A DNA stretch of 62,999 nucleotides, counting the filler, from Aduncisulcus paluster (Eukaryota): the NCBI GenBank assembly GCA_024181965.1. It is 11 parts of 11 records of this genome, joined end to end, with 100 filler letters (N's around TTAATTAATTAA, not from the genome) between each part and the next. Parts side by side here need not be neighbours in the genome. Positions count along the whole stretch, not along the records: positions 19,034 to 26,296 come from BQXS01009755.1; positions 26,397 to 30,276 come from BQXS01009756.1; positions 30,377 to 53,112 come from BQXS01009757.1; 8 more parts are not named here. One strand, given 5' to 3'. Positions 23,001 to 34,518 of this stretch are shown one piece after another. Numbering within the stretch: the stretch's first letter is position 1; each line of letters starts with the position of its first letter. Below the pieces are notes generated by a model that saw nothing but the letters and a program-made list of their open reading frames with translations, ran no database searches and was not told the DNA's origin. The position numbers were made by a program, and so were the translations under genes.

Positions 23001-26000
23001 CAGCGTAGAGAGAGGATGGAGGGATATACACAACAGTGTCTGGCCTTGCACAGATAGACAAACCAGATATCATCCTCTTACTGCTAAAAATAGAAACGGA
23101 TGAGAAAGAACATCTTGAAGACATTGTAAATGGGGATAACATCAACGTATTTATCTTTTTTGCACGATATTTGTTCCCCCGATTTGGACCCATCTTTGAT
23201 ATCATTAGTTTCCTCCCCTCATTCACAATACTTGCCATTTGAGGATCCAATTCAGATGGAATAACGGGATATTGGGAATCATATGCCGATTTGAAGGCTT
23301 GTTTTTTCCTTCCTCTTCCTCTTCCACGTTGCATCGTTTCCTTGGGATTCATTTTACAAATATTTAATCCACCAATTCCAACGTGCCAGTTAGTTGGTAT
23401 TTTCTCAAGAATGTCCATAACAGACCTCGGTAATGTGATGGAATGAGGTGGAACGACCACTATGTTGATGTGAGAGTGTGTATGTGGAACCTCAGCCTTA
23501 GACAATACTCGATCGGCAATGCACTGGTGCTGATCAACAGGGAATAATTCTTGTTCACGCTTAAGGAACTTAGATGGATTTATATATCTTCCGAGTCTCT
23601 TTTGCTCCCTTTCTTGTTGATCTTTTTTCCAGGTTTCCTTTGAATTTTCATCTTCATAATAATCGTGTTCAGCCGGATCAAATTTGTCATCTTTTCCTTT
23701 CCTCAATGTCTCCTTCTTCTTCTTCTTCTTTTTGCTCTCAGGCTCAAGTTCTTCCATAATCGAATCAATACCAGATATTTCTGATCTATCTTTCTGTTTT
23801 TCTTTTTCTTTCCTTCTCTTCTCCTCTTCTTCTGCTTTTTTCCTCTCTTCTTCATCCAAAATGTATAGTTTTTTGATCTTTCCTGCATCCAATGGAATGG
23901 GAGGGTATGATATACCAAAATGCATCGAATTTAAGTGATCGGAAAGTCGAATTTGAGGCTGGTTCTGATTCAACAGCAAAGCAGAAGAGGAAGTAGATGT
24001 TCCACCAGAGAAATGAGGATGATTACTTTTGGGGATAATAGACATTTTAATATCCAATATGTGACCGTTGTTAATGTCAGTGTCGTTCTTATCAGGATCT
24101 TTGGCAAGGGATAGATCAACAATACCTGGTGCTTTCACCAACATGGATTGACCATCTAATTTAACATTAATGTTCTTACTTTCTCCTCCATCAATACTCT
24201 TCAAATCATCCTTCTTCTTTGATCTTTTCCCAGCCCCAATTTCACTGGAACCATCAATGATAACAGCTGAACTCATATCTGTTCCAGACACTTTCCCATG
24301 GCCAGTGATTGAGAGAGGAGTCCGTCTCGTAAATACGATTCGACTCGTTGCATTTGAATTTGGAGATCTGTGACTCATAGGTTTTGATCGAGGTTTTCTT
24401 ATTTTCCTTCCCGATTTCCCGCTTCTCCATGATTTGAAGCTACGATAAGATCTTGATCCACTTGCCATTGAAACAACATTTGATGCGTTCACACTTTGGA
24501 CCTCCATACAGCCTTCAAGTAATTCTATAATCTTCTCTTCCGGCATTCCACGTTGACGGAGATCACGTTTAAACATTTCTTCCGAGCTTTTTTTGTATTG
24601 TTTGACACGAGAATAGACCTTTTCACGTTGACGTTCACATTCAACTTCATTTGATGAGAAACTGACGTTTTCTTCAAGAATATCGCACAGAACATCAATG
24701 CTGGTTCGCATTAACATTCGAGGATCGAGAATACTATGACTATAAAATGCACGAGCATCTCTTTTCTTCATTCGTGGTATCTTCATAAGGTTAACAAGCT
24801 CAAGAGAAACTCCAAATTCTAATTCCTGGATAAATGTAAACAAAAGCGCTTCTAAACGGTTCCAATGTAAATTACGACAAAAAGTAATCAGCTGAGAAGA
24901 AAATGAAGTTGTATCCTTCAACAAACCTTCGGCCTGACTTCTTGATATCTTCATATTTTTACAAGTAAACCCGACATCATCATCGTGAAGGAGAGAACGA
25001 AGGATTAGAGCAGTGTAGAGACGAACTATGTTGATCCGAACAATATGGGGGATCGAATGGATACTGAACCTTTCAATGGCAGCATGAATTCGTGAAGAAG
25101 ACCACCCTTGGATCGAAGATAAGAATCTTTGACAAACAGCAAGATCCCATGGTTCTTCAACAACTCGAGGAGAGACATAACCTTGATACGGACTGGTTAT
25201 TGATGCGAATGATCCAGGATTTCTGGGATTGCAAGGAGGTAATCCGCCTGTAGATGCTGAGTTACTACCGGGAGTACTGAATGAATGAGGAGTGTGCATA
25301 GTACTCGAAGAAGAAGAATCATGGTAGTTTGGAACTCCTAAAGCTATTGATGAGGCCTCAACGACTCTTTCCTTTCGAATCCTTCCCATCTCCCTCTCAA
25401 TTGTCTGCATACATAGCTGAATATATGAGTTTGATATTTGTTTATATCCATCATATGCGGGAGTGATAAGAATAAGTAAATCCATATCACAATCAATACG
25501 AAGGGAACGTCTGGCTTGGACTAACTGCATAAATAACATATTTGCAGTGAATGGGACCAATGCTGATTCATTAGTAGCTTTCCCAAGAGGGGTTGAAGAG
25601 AGTACCTGTGAAAGTGGTAACAAACCAGTTTGGAAAGCATTTGAAGCCACATGGGAGGGAGAGGATGGAATTCCAACACCGATTGGTTTTATCATTGGAT
25701 TTGACATGGTTCCCATCATCGGTGTCACTATCATTTGAGGAGTTGTTGGAGCATCCAGAGAAGCAGCAGCAGAAGAAGAAGAAGAAGAAGAGGAAGAAGT
25801 ATGACCAAGAGGGTGTTGTTGATCCATGGTTGAATGATTGATTATTGCATTGTTTGGTGACATTTCAATACGAAGCATCATCATTCTTCTCAGATTCCAT
25901 ACACAGTCACATACGAGTTGGTGAAGCATTTGTGAGGAAGATAACTGAACTTTGACTTGAGGAGATCGTTCTTTGACATGAGAAACAACCATTGCTGGAC

Positions 26001-26295
26001 TCACCTGTACAGCTGGGGATACAATATGATTTGTAGGGTTAAAAGCGGCAATGGATCTTGTCTCAACTTTGACTGCAGGAGCAGCAGCAGCAGCAGCAGC
26101 AGAAGAAGAAGAAGAAGAAGAAGAAGAAGAAGAAGAAGAAGAAGGAAGAGGAAGAGGAGGTGGAAAGCTGGATTCATGATTACTATTATGATGTGGTTTT
26201 GTACCAGATGATGAAACCGATCCAGAAACTCCTAATGTGCTTCCGAAAAAAGACCCTGAAGGAAAATGTAATTGTCTTTTACCAATCTCTTTACC
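20041..26295 (-). CDS. POLQ: DNA polymerase theta (helicase C-terminal region + family A polymerase), 5'-partial
   Basis: HELQ/POLQ-type segment (RLYTALIL...FCRNLHW...LEFGVSLELVNLMKIP...ARAFY). PolA motifs TGRMTSVRPPLQ, DFKQVELR, RAGAKRMMYAMTYGAG, NSILQGSAAD, LQLHDEL. The frame stays open upstream of 26004 to the contig edge. Confidence 0.9.
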   Translation of the reverse strand, partial: GKEIGKRQLHFPSGSFFGSTLGVSGSVSSSGTKPHHNSNHESSFPPPLPLPSSSSSSSSSSSSSSAAAAAAAPAVKVETRSIAAFNPTNHIVSPAVQVSPAMVVSHVKERSPQVKVQLSSSQMLHQLVCDCVWNLRRMMMLRIEMSPNNAIINHSTMDQQHPLGHTSSSSSSSSSAAASLDAPTTPQMIVTPMMGTMSNPMIKPIGVGIPSSPSHVASNAFQTGLLPLSQVLSSTPLGKATNESALVPFTANMLFMQLVQARRSLRIDCDMDLLILITPAYDGYKQISNSYIQLCMQTIEREMGRIRKERVVEASSIALGVPNYHDSSSSSTMHTPHSFSTPGSNSASTGGLPPCNPRNPGSFASITSPYQGYVSPRVVEEPWDLAVCQRFLSSIQGWSSSRIHAAIERFSIHSIPHIVRINIVRLYTALILRSLLHDDDVGFTCKNMKISRSQAEGLLKDTTSFSSQLITFCRNLHWNRLEALLFTFIQELEFGVSLELVNLMKIPRMKKRDARAFYSHSILDPRMLMRTSIDVLCDILEENVSFSSNEVECERQREKVYSRVKQYKKSSEEMFKRDLRQRGMPEEKIIELLEGCMEVQSVNASNVVSMASGSRSYRSFKSWRSGKSGRKIRKPRSKPMSHRSPNSNATSRIVFTRRTPLSITGHGKVSGTDMSSAVIIDGSSEIGAGKRSKKKDDLKSIDGGESKNINVKLDGQSMLVKAPGIVDLSLAKDPDKNDTDINNGHILDIKMSIIPKSNHPHFSGGTSTSSSALLLNQNQPQIRLSDHLNSMHFGISYPPIPLDAGKIKKLYILDEEERKKAEEEEKRRKEKEKQKDRSEISGIDSIMEELEPESKKKKKKKETLRKGKDDKFDPAEHDYYEDENSKETWKKDQQEREQKRLGRYINPSKFLKREQELFPVDQHQCIADRVLSKAEVPHTHSHINIVVVPPHSITLPRSVMDILEKIPTNWHVGIGGLNICKMNPKETMQRGRGRGRKKQAFKSAYDSQYPVIPSELDPQMASIVNEGRKLMISKMGPNRGNKYRAKKINTLMLSPFTMSSRCSFSSVSIFSSKRMISGLSICARPDTVVYIPPSSLYAVLPQLKRLLGSRDVMVTTVGLQDFFLNLDSLFLESMPLSGYARYPLSDPIISNHLVTGNTQKEQGDGISLSHTCVSIWAQRNMDSSREASGFTFYPPVQFKDINNQPLQSAESSKQHQLSVYSGRRECLELSVLHAWRSSILSLNLQPKLKQMRVLSVVSKLEMPVTIFLSRMSLIGVPIHISTLETLASQLSDIIQRYEVVIRSYSHRPDSINLQSVKDVTELLYIDLKLRVPKPHPSSLRDQQTAISRVDKGSLGNNIASKCSAKISSTTVTTKKSSFKLGGGNSRTNANEVRHGKASMHSACSGINNPAINAIPKDMTTKKDDLIRLYDHHIVPKLISELRSAKKFLSYLAEIRRYIQERCVWRVRKRVEEVVTLVDAHTGAERQEKRAKYVFKDEEFGIVRPHWLQTDTQTGRMTSVRPPLQLIPKPHDFLVPLRRTEAGDVFESKEERHPDAKEWEFMAEDDETEALLAKAMESSKRGKGKRRSSSALDDEGRSRGSGFNPPNRLDFSSLDDLRAHCLRFPPDTMSPTYFPPLGTFSVKPRAVVAAPPGCVLVCGDFKQVELRLMAEFSNDVRLKELLAGVDGKSGADPFDLLGELIWGKVYPHRRTRVKKHRMDVIGCSGVSSDLTSNEYEYEYDDLSEESDETFHGDEERMLHHQKAMQRVKEQKAKFRAGAKRMMYAMTYGAGNHTLGNNLREVGVKVEVMAERRRRARERKRRAMLLKKEERIRRYGEDALKDEEDDEEELSFDEEAEEEWFLQKYRDPVVATAAFARSRINSLFPTFASFKDRVSVCVSGVGYVRTMSGRMRKVEEETIREKEKKEEAELKQDRKGARTKKKISEKNIGSNNTIGKHHIVLKGPKHSLSSHATCRIALNSILQGSAADVFKNALITFSSVCLRYGKDELKKRISSSSIALPLPLLQLHDELICVCREEDAEFVCSCMKKCLDNALQDTGVPLVCEIKVGTHWGKATKWEGTALLGK

Positions 26296-26396
26296 ANNNN
26301 NNNNNNNNNNNNNNNNNNNNNNNNNNNNNNNNNNNNNNNNTTAATTAATTAANNNNNNNNNNNNNNNNNNNNNNNNNNNNNNNNNNNNNNNNNNNN

Positions 26397-27470
26397 GATG
26401 TAAGAACAATCAGAGGAGAAACCAAGAGCAGAACACACAGCAGCTCGAAGGTTTGCATCGGGGATGGATATTTCAACTTCAGCAGAGACCATGCATATTG
26501 ATGAACATATAACCACGAAGAAGAGCATCCGAGTGAAGAGCAAGAACAAACGATGTGCATGACCATCACGATTGCTCTGATTTAAAGACTTCAAGAGCTT
26601 CAAGGACTTCAAGGGCTTTAAAGAGCAGGTGACATGAGACGAAGGATGTCGATGTTCATTGAGTATCTTTGAGGATGAGGAAGAACATGGAAACAAAGAG
26701 GCCGTGAAAGAAAGAAAGCAATTGACAGGGTCAGTGGACAATGACCATGATGAGAGTGATAGTAATAATGCTAGAGATAGTGATAGAACCAGAAACACTA
26801 ACAGGAAGAAGAACATTAAAAAGGGAGAACCGGCATAAAAATGGTTCGGATGGACATGATCCGGCACAAAGAATAAACAAGGAAGCATGAGAAACAGGAG
26901 AAGAGATGCAAGGGCTGGACTAGACGATGAAGTGTGGGATAAAGCCTCAGAGTGATCTTGGGAGGATGGAGTTGAAGAAGAACTTAGAGGAGTCGATATC
27001 TGAGACATCTGAGAAATTGAACCATGCTGAGAAATTGAACCGTGCTGAGATATTGGAGATATTGGAGATCTTGACAACTTGGCATTGAATGGGTGGTGAA
27101 GATCTTGAAGAACCAATCGTGTCAAAACAGGATGGGAAGGAAGGCACTCGTTGTCATAATCAGGGTAAACTTTCGTGTGCTTACAGAAATGCTCGGCAAG
27201 AGAGCAGTAATGGTGATCGAACTCATAGCAAGTGGAAAATGGACACCAAGGAGAAAAATATTGAGAAGATGGACGTATTGTTCGAGATTCTTTATCGACA
27301 AATATAAATAAAGGGGAATTGTGGAACGACAAACACGGTGAGTTCAAAGAATCTTCGACAGAGAAAGAGCCAAAGGATGAAAAAAGAGAATCGTTGGAGT
27401 TGACAAATAAATTAGGAAAGGGCATTTTCGATATAAAATGATCGTTTTGATGGTTGGAAAATGCAGACAT
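26397..27470 (-). CDS. Membrane/surface protein with internalin-like LRR N-cap at the truncation point, 3'-partial
   Basis: Hydrophobic segments, then signal-like MLFFVVICSSICMVSA followed by EISIPDANLRAAVCSALG, typical of caps preceding bacterial-type LRRs. The LRRs themselves are not in the contig. Confidence 0.55.
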
Positions 27471-28686
27471 TCTTGGCCGTGGGGATGGTTTAAAGGGGTA
27501 AAAACAATAAAAGCAGACTTATACGACGAAATGCAGGTTAATGTGAGTAAATAATCTTGTCAATCGGGGTATATGGGCAATTAATACATACTTTCGAGCA
27601 ACTTGAAATGTCAGATGTTTTTCAAACTGGAGGAAATGCTTGATGTTTGTTGCGTGAGTTATATTATTGAGGTGACATAAGATGAGAACAATGGAACGAC
27701 GATACATGAACATGTTCTTATTTGTTCCACGAGAATATAAAATAGTTTGGCGAGAGTCCCACTAAACGAGGCGCTGGAGTCCATTCTTTGGAGTTGTCTC
27801 TTATAAAGCTCATTTCCTTGCTTCAGAAACATATGGATCGTGTTTTCCCATCTTTATTGTTTATTAATTGCATTCATGAATCCAGATTGACAACATTTTT
27901 CAATGTACTGGCTTGATTTCCTTATGATAAAGGACAACTTATGCTATTGGGGGGATTACTGAAGTAATTTCATTGAAGTTCGTGACATTATGAGTTATGA
28001 ATCTGGATCTTCAATGGTAATATAATGTAATATTGATACAACCGTGACAGCTTGTCTTGAAATGTAAAAACATGAATATTTCTGTATCTGTTGATTGGGT
28101 GAGGCTGAAAAGAAATTGTCCGACTCTCAATTGTGCCTGGGTGGATGGGTAGTGTGGTAGTTAAAGAGAAAGCAACAGATGGAGTAAGCTAAAACATGCT
28201 TCTCTCGATCATCCAGATATGGTATCACATCTCGATGCTTTTCCCTACAAATCAATGACAGAGAAAGTTGTCAAGTTGAGGATGCGAAACAAAGATCTTA
28301 TTGATATGATGGAGCGTGGAGGACCAAGATGGTTGCTCTAAATGAATGATATCATTTCACATATTTGCTCACTCCAAGCTCTAGCAACTTACAACTCCTC
28401 GATCAACAAAATAACTATTCTGCCCCTTTTCTGTTCTGTTTCTGTTATATTTCTATCCTATTACGACTAGATCTATGAATGTGCTCTCTTACGACAACAG
28501 ATCTGAACAGACGGATTTATTTTCACATCATAACTCACAACTAATGGAGGGTAACATGTTTTCAAAAAACATTGTTTTCAAACCTTTTCCAGTTCACGGT
28601 TTGAAATCGAAAGTGTTTTGTCCTCACGAACAGCAGCCACAGTAAAGATCCCTCCCAAAAGCGATTCCGATAAATACAATAAACTC

Positions 28687-29220
28687 TCATATTTTTTCAT
28701 AGCCCTTTGGGGCATGATTTCTATGACGTGCTCTGCAACACGAAAAACATAATCTGAGAGGAAGAAGCAGAATAAACCAGGCAATATTCAAGTAGGCCCA
28801 TAGTCCAAGGAAATATGTATATGAATATAAACCATTGTATTTTAAAATACTTTTTATCTTATCTCCGTCTTCAAATATATAATTAGAACAGATAACAGCG
28901 AAATAACAATATATGACTGTTTTCAAGAAATCTACAATAGTAAGAGACATTATTTTCTTGTGATCACGTTTTTCTTCATGTTCTTTATGAGTATGATGGA
29001 ATATACAATGGAATAATGCCCCTACATAAACCAGAGAATTGGCAACAATGTCTAAAATGACAATCAATCTCATATGATCAGTATTGGCGGCTGAAAGATC
29101 ATTTTCAGCATCACTTTTTCTCAAGACACAGATGTCTGCAATGAGAAGAACGGTATGGGCGCATGTAAAAACGACCATGAAAAGAGTTGATAATACAGCT
29201 TCAATTAAGCAAAAACACAT
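28687..29220 (-). CDS. Small multi-pass membrane protein (~4 TM)
   Basis: 177-aa ATG ORF with four hydrophobic stretches and AT-rich flanks. Confidence 0.65.
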   Translation of the reverse strand: MCFCLIEAVLSTLFMVVFTCAHTVLLIADICVLRKSDAENDLSAANTDHMRLIVILDIVANSLVYVGALFHCIFHHTHKEHEEKRDHKKIMSLTIVDFLKTVIYCYFAVICSNYIFEDGDKIKSILKYNGLYSYTYFLGLWAYLNIAWFILLLPLRLCFSCCRARHRNHAPKGYEKI

Positions 29221-29325
29221 TTGAAAATTAAATGAACAATTAACACTAAATAAATAATTGAAACCTTATTGGTCAAAGCCGAATAGATAAAACTTTAAGC
29301 GAAGGAAAAAAAAAAAAACTTTGAT

Positions 29326-30276
29326 CTATCCCATCAAACAGACTCTGTTAACATTTCGGAAATGTTCAAAACAAGAAAGCTTTATTTGATTATTTGCCAT
29401 CTCAATCCAACCATCGAGAAGACCAGCTTTAATAGAATCATGAATTTCAATAGCTTGGGAAGGAATGCAACTCAAGTTAGCGAAGAACAATAAACAACGA
29501 ATGACAGCATCATCATCAAATGTAATACCTTTGGAAGTTGTATCCGTGATAACATCCAAGACAGGATGAAACACAAACCAAAGTTGTGAGGAACGATCTT
29601 TATGAGGGTCGGTATTATCTTTGTCAAGGGTGATATTCTTCAAGATGTTTGTCCACAAGAAAAAGAACTTCTTGTCAGGATATTTCTGCATCCAAGGTAA
29701 GATATGAGGGAGAAGAAGGGATAAAAGAGAGTTCTTGGTGCAGTCATCTTCGGCAAATGCAATATTTCTGCATGTTTGAAGGATGGCCTCAATGAAAGAA
29801 TCTTCAAATTTTTTGGATAGGCCGAGAATAAACATCTTGGAGAGGAGAGAAGAGATTTGGGGGAAAATAGAAATACGAAATAGACCAGGAAATGTAGAAA
29901 TATCAATTATCCTGAACAATAACATTGTGATAGAATTCACTCCAACTTCACCAGTTCCACCTTCTTCTTCTTCTTCTTTCACTCTCAGAATATCTTCAAC
30001 TCGGATCATTGAGGGCAAGAAAGTGTCAATAATGTTCTTGATGTAAGAACTATCAAGAATAACCTCAATATCATCCTCAGCTTCCTTCAAAGTCCCATCT
30101 TCTTTTGTAACTTTATGCTTCATGAACAAAGATAAACATTCGAAACAGAGAGCGAAGAGATCTCGATTGGATGGTGATATCAGAAGGTGAAGAAGTGGAT
30201 TCATCAAAGATAGCCTTGAGCCGAGGACATGATTCCTCATAAAGTGATGTGACAGCGGATTGAGAAGATGTCCTTT
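29326..30276 (-). pseudogene. Frameshifted, truncated paralog of the helical-repeat module of 36067-38649
   Basis: Close match (SSQLWFVFHPVLDVI, LLDGW). There is a 1-bp insertion at ~30173 relative to the paralog (ATCACCATCC vs ATCACATCC). Homology stops after DGWIEM, with an unrelated tail to a stop. Confidence 0.7.
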
Positions 30277-30376
30277 NNNNNNNNNNNNNNNNNNNNNNNN
30301 NNNNNNNNNNNNNNNNNNNNTTAATTAATTAANNNNNNNNNNNNNNNNNNNNNNNNNNNNNNNNNNNNNNNNNNNN

Positions 30377-32253
30377 GCTGCATCCTGTCCTCCACAATGC
30401 ATGTGTCTGTGTTTGCTTTTGTATGGACAATTCGATGAGGATCGCTTGTATCCATTCTGTTCGTGCAGAGGTTTCCACGATTGTATGATCTTGGCTTTCC
30501 TCTCCTCTTCCTCTCTCCTCTTCCGTTCCTTTTCCAACTTTTCCTCTTCTTCCTTCTTTCGCTCTTCTTCACGTCGTTTGATTAGCTCGTCATCAGAAAT
30601 ACAACCATCAGAAGACGATGAACACATGACATCAGAATCATCAATGCTGAAAGAAGACTCATCGTTATCCCTGGACGAATGTCCAATGTCATCTCCACTG
30701 TGGGTATCCACACTATCATCATAACTGCTATCGAGAACAACACTTCCAAGACTCTCATGGGAAGGAAGGCAGCCATCAACACATAATAATCCATATCCTT
30801 CCTTTCCTTCCTTTCCTTCCTTTCTTTTCTTTCCTCCAATGTCTTGTCCAATGTCTTGTCCAATGTCTCGTCCAATGATCTCTGCTTCATTCACACCGTC
30901 TGAGATCTCCATCTCTTGGATTGCTTGAGCAGCTTCTTCCATCTCACGCTGAGCTTTCAGTTCCATCTTTTCCCTCTTCTCACGTTCCTTCAATACAGAC
31001 CCGTTGTGCATGAATATGTCATGATGGCGACATTTATGAAGACCATCGATGGCTGTCTCAAACATGCTATATATTCTTGCACGTTGACATTTCTTCCCAA
31101 CAAAGCCAAGGTCCATTGCAATTGCATCGAGTGGATCGTGGATATTGTTGCAAAACAAAAGCATGCAACGAATACACCATTCACGGATACGAGTGCCCAA
31201 ATACTGCACAGACGAATCGACTATTCCTTCATCGCGCAGGAAGGAGAGATACTCGAACTCATACGGTCCTCCAGGAGACTTCACAGAGGAGGATTGGATC
31301 AGACCAATGATTTTGGAAAGGGCGGCCATGAGACCATTTTTCTCCATGGAAGGACCTTTCGCCCACATGCAACACTCGAAGATGCTCAATGGATCAGGAT
31401 CGCCCGTTGGAGATCCAAACATTTGTGTGAGGATGACGAATGCATCGGCTTTAAGGTATTTGATGGGAATCTTGGAGAGACATGTCATCGATGGTCGGAC
31501 AAAATGATGAATGCTCGATGGAACATCTAACGATTCCTCATAGCGGAAGTTTCGATCACATCGCACAAGAATGCTATATCCTGCATAGATCACACAGCTG
31601 TAGAAGAACAGCTCGGGAGTCCCCTCGACGGAGATGGGAGCTTCTTTGGCACAGTCGAATGGGATTCCATGGATTTTCGTTGTACGATCAATCATTCGTT
31701 TGAAATAGGACTTTTTAAGATTCTTCATTGTGATGTCAGACGATAATATAGAGCAGGATATAGAGATTCCTTGCGAATGAACAAGTTCAAAGTCATCTCG
31801 AAGGGTGGCAAAGTTTGGGATAGGTTTCAGCTCTAGTGAAGAATGCTCGGGGCTGGAAATATCTGAATGATCACACGAATGAGAGAGAGGAGCAATGGGA
31901 GCATACACAAAGGAATCCACATCAGACATCAAAGATTGCGTGCAAACATCCCGAACAGAAGAAAATGCAAACCCGATCTCACAGAATTTATGGTTAGGTG
32001 ATTGAGGCTTCACAATTCCCTTTCTCTTTTGGGTTTTCGATAATTCACAGAGATAGTAACCATATTTCGTTATTCTTTTATCGGGATATTTCGTCCCAGA
32101 TAGAAATGCTTCGAAATCCAGGGCACAGATGTGATAATCATCAAAGCTGCCATGTTTTCGAAGGAACTTACTTTTCCCATATAAGAAGGCCATCATAAGG
32201 AAATCGTCCATCTCTTCCTTATTTCGTAATGTTAAAATATATTTCTTGCTCAT
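30377..32253 (-). CDS. Hypothetical protein, 3'-partial
   Basis: ORF of over 620 codons; globular N-terminal ~400 aa and charged tail; no family recognised. Confidence 0.7.
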
Positions 32254-34518
32254 CGGTTGTTCAAAACGAATTGATGGAAATCATGATATGGTCATCAAAA
32301 CTGAGTACCACCCTCAAATCGCTCTTCCTTTGTTATTCCGACCCGTGATTGCACGTTCCACGGGGCCAATTATGTTCGTTCCATGCATTTGAAATAATTT
32401 TATTCAAATTCAAATCCAATAATATATGATTATGGCCTTTTACACGAAATGGATGATCTGGGGATTTGTTAAGGAAGGCACAGAAGAAATATTATACAAT
32501 ATTATACAATAATCTTTCAAACAAATTTAACAATAATGGAGTATCATCCAGAATCAGACCAGATTCAGTCACTGAGTGGATCTGTGGACGTATATAATTT
32601 ACAGCGATCCGATCGAGTCGACTGCCGCATCGTATCCAAGTTGATCGGAGGATCTACGTCAATCACTTCATGAAATACCATAGCGAACACATCGNNNNNN
32701 NNNNNNNNNNNNNNTTTCAAACAAATTTAACAATAATGGAGTATCATCCAGAATCAGACCAGATTCAGTCACTGAGTGGATCTGTGGACGTATATAATTT
32801 ACAGCGATCCGATCGAGTCGACTGCCGCATCGTATCCAAGTTGATCGGAGGATCTACGTCAATCACTTCATGAAATACCATAGCGAACACATCGTCTATC
32901 ACTTTCTCAAGGGAAGAGCGAGTATGGCAGCAGGTTGGTCAATCTGCATTTTATACGTCCACAGATCAATCATCTTCTTATCCAGAGATGCTAAAAACAT
33001 CATCAGGAATAGAAGAATACTGAATAAAATAGGAGTGGTGAGTGAGAATAACTGTGTGAAAGACATAATGGAACGATCATCGTTGAATAGTATTCAATGA
33101 TATTCGTTGAATAGTATTCAATGATATTCAAAAAAAAGCAGAATCTGTGTCGATCTTTGAATACATTTGAAAAATCTTAAACAGAACTCTCAAAGCTCAT
33201 ACAAGTTCGTGAAAGATGATATTATTTCAGATCTTTGCCAATCGATAGAAAATCGAAAGAAAATGGAAAGCTCTCAAAAAGAAAGCCATGTTGGCAATAT
33301 CTCTGAAAAAAAGTATTATTTTATCCCATTTTATCTCCAAGGATATGTCGTGATGCCATCCAAATGGCGACTTTTCGATCCTTTGATGTCAACAACGGAC
33401 AATTGCAAGACTATCCAAAATTTTATATCACACTATTCCAAATATTGTGCTTTCAAACGATGAACGCATGAACCTCGCAAAGCTCGTGGGCGACAGAATT
33501 TCAAACTAGAAACTGGAAGTATCCAATATATAATATAATAAAAATATCAAAAATAAATAAAATGAATAAAATGCTGTGCAAAAATAATTTAAGCATGAAA
33601 TATCCTTACTTCTGTCCACACTCACACTGAAGCTGAAAGAACAGCCCTTTTCGTTACAACTACGAGAGAATCTTTTGTGTTCGGCCCGCTATTTCAGTAT
33701 GTTTCCCCGATTCATGAAAATATTTCTATTGTTTTTCCTTTCGTTCTTTTTCATTTTTATTATTCTCTTTGTTATTCCTCACCATCCTTCTATTTGCATT
33801 CCTAGTCTGCTGGTCAATCGCATCTTCATCATTCATTCGTTCGTAATTTGTACACTCTAAGACTATTTCTATCTTCCATTGGTTGGTTGGTTGTTTCNNN
33901 NNNNNNNNNNNNNNNNNCAGATCTTTGCCAATCGATAGAAAATCGAAAGAAAATGGAAAGCTCTCAAAAAGAAAGCCATGTTGGCAATATCTCTGAAAAA
34001 AAGTATTATTTTATCCCATTTTATCTCCAAGGATATGTCGTGATGCCATCCAAATGGCGACTTTTCGATCCTTTGATGTCAACAACGGACAATTGCAAGA
34101 CTATCCAAAATTTTATATCACACTATTCCAAATATTGTGCTTTCAAACGATGAACGCATGAACCTCGCAAAGCTCGTGTGCGACAGAATTTCATAAATTT
34201 CAAACTAGAAACTGGAAGTGTCCACACTTCACACTGAAGCTGAAAGAACAGCCCTTTTCGTTACAACTACGAGAGAATCTTTTGTGTTCGGCCCGCTATT
34301 TCAGTATGTTTCCCCGATTCATGAAAATATTTCTATTGTTTTTCCTTTCGTTCTTTTTCATTTTTATTATTCTCTTTGTTATTCCTCACCATCCTTCTAT
34401 TTGCATTCCTAGTCTGCTGGTCAATCGCATCTTCATCATTCATTCGTTCGTAATTTGTACACTCTAAGACTATTTCTATCTTCCATTGGTTGGTTGGTTG
34501 TTTCTTCCGTTTTCTACA

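Noticed and set aside
33081-33128. 24-bp tandem duplicate with internal palindrome
   Set aside because: Only two adjacent copies with no spacer; ordinary slippage duplication.
32670-34467. Short ORFs upstream of the second kinase
   Set aside because: Short, no motifs, AT-rich, and repeated only because of gap duplication.
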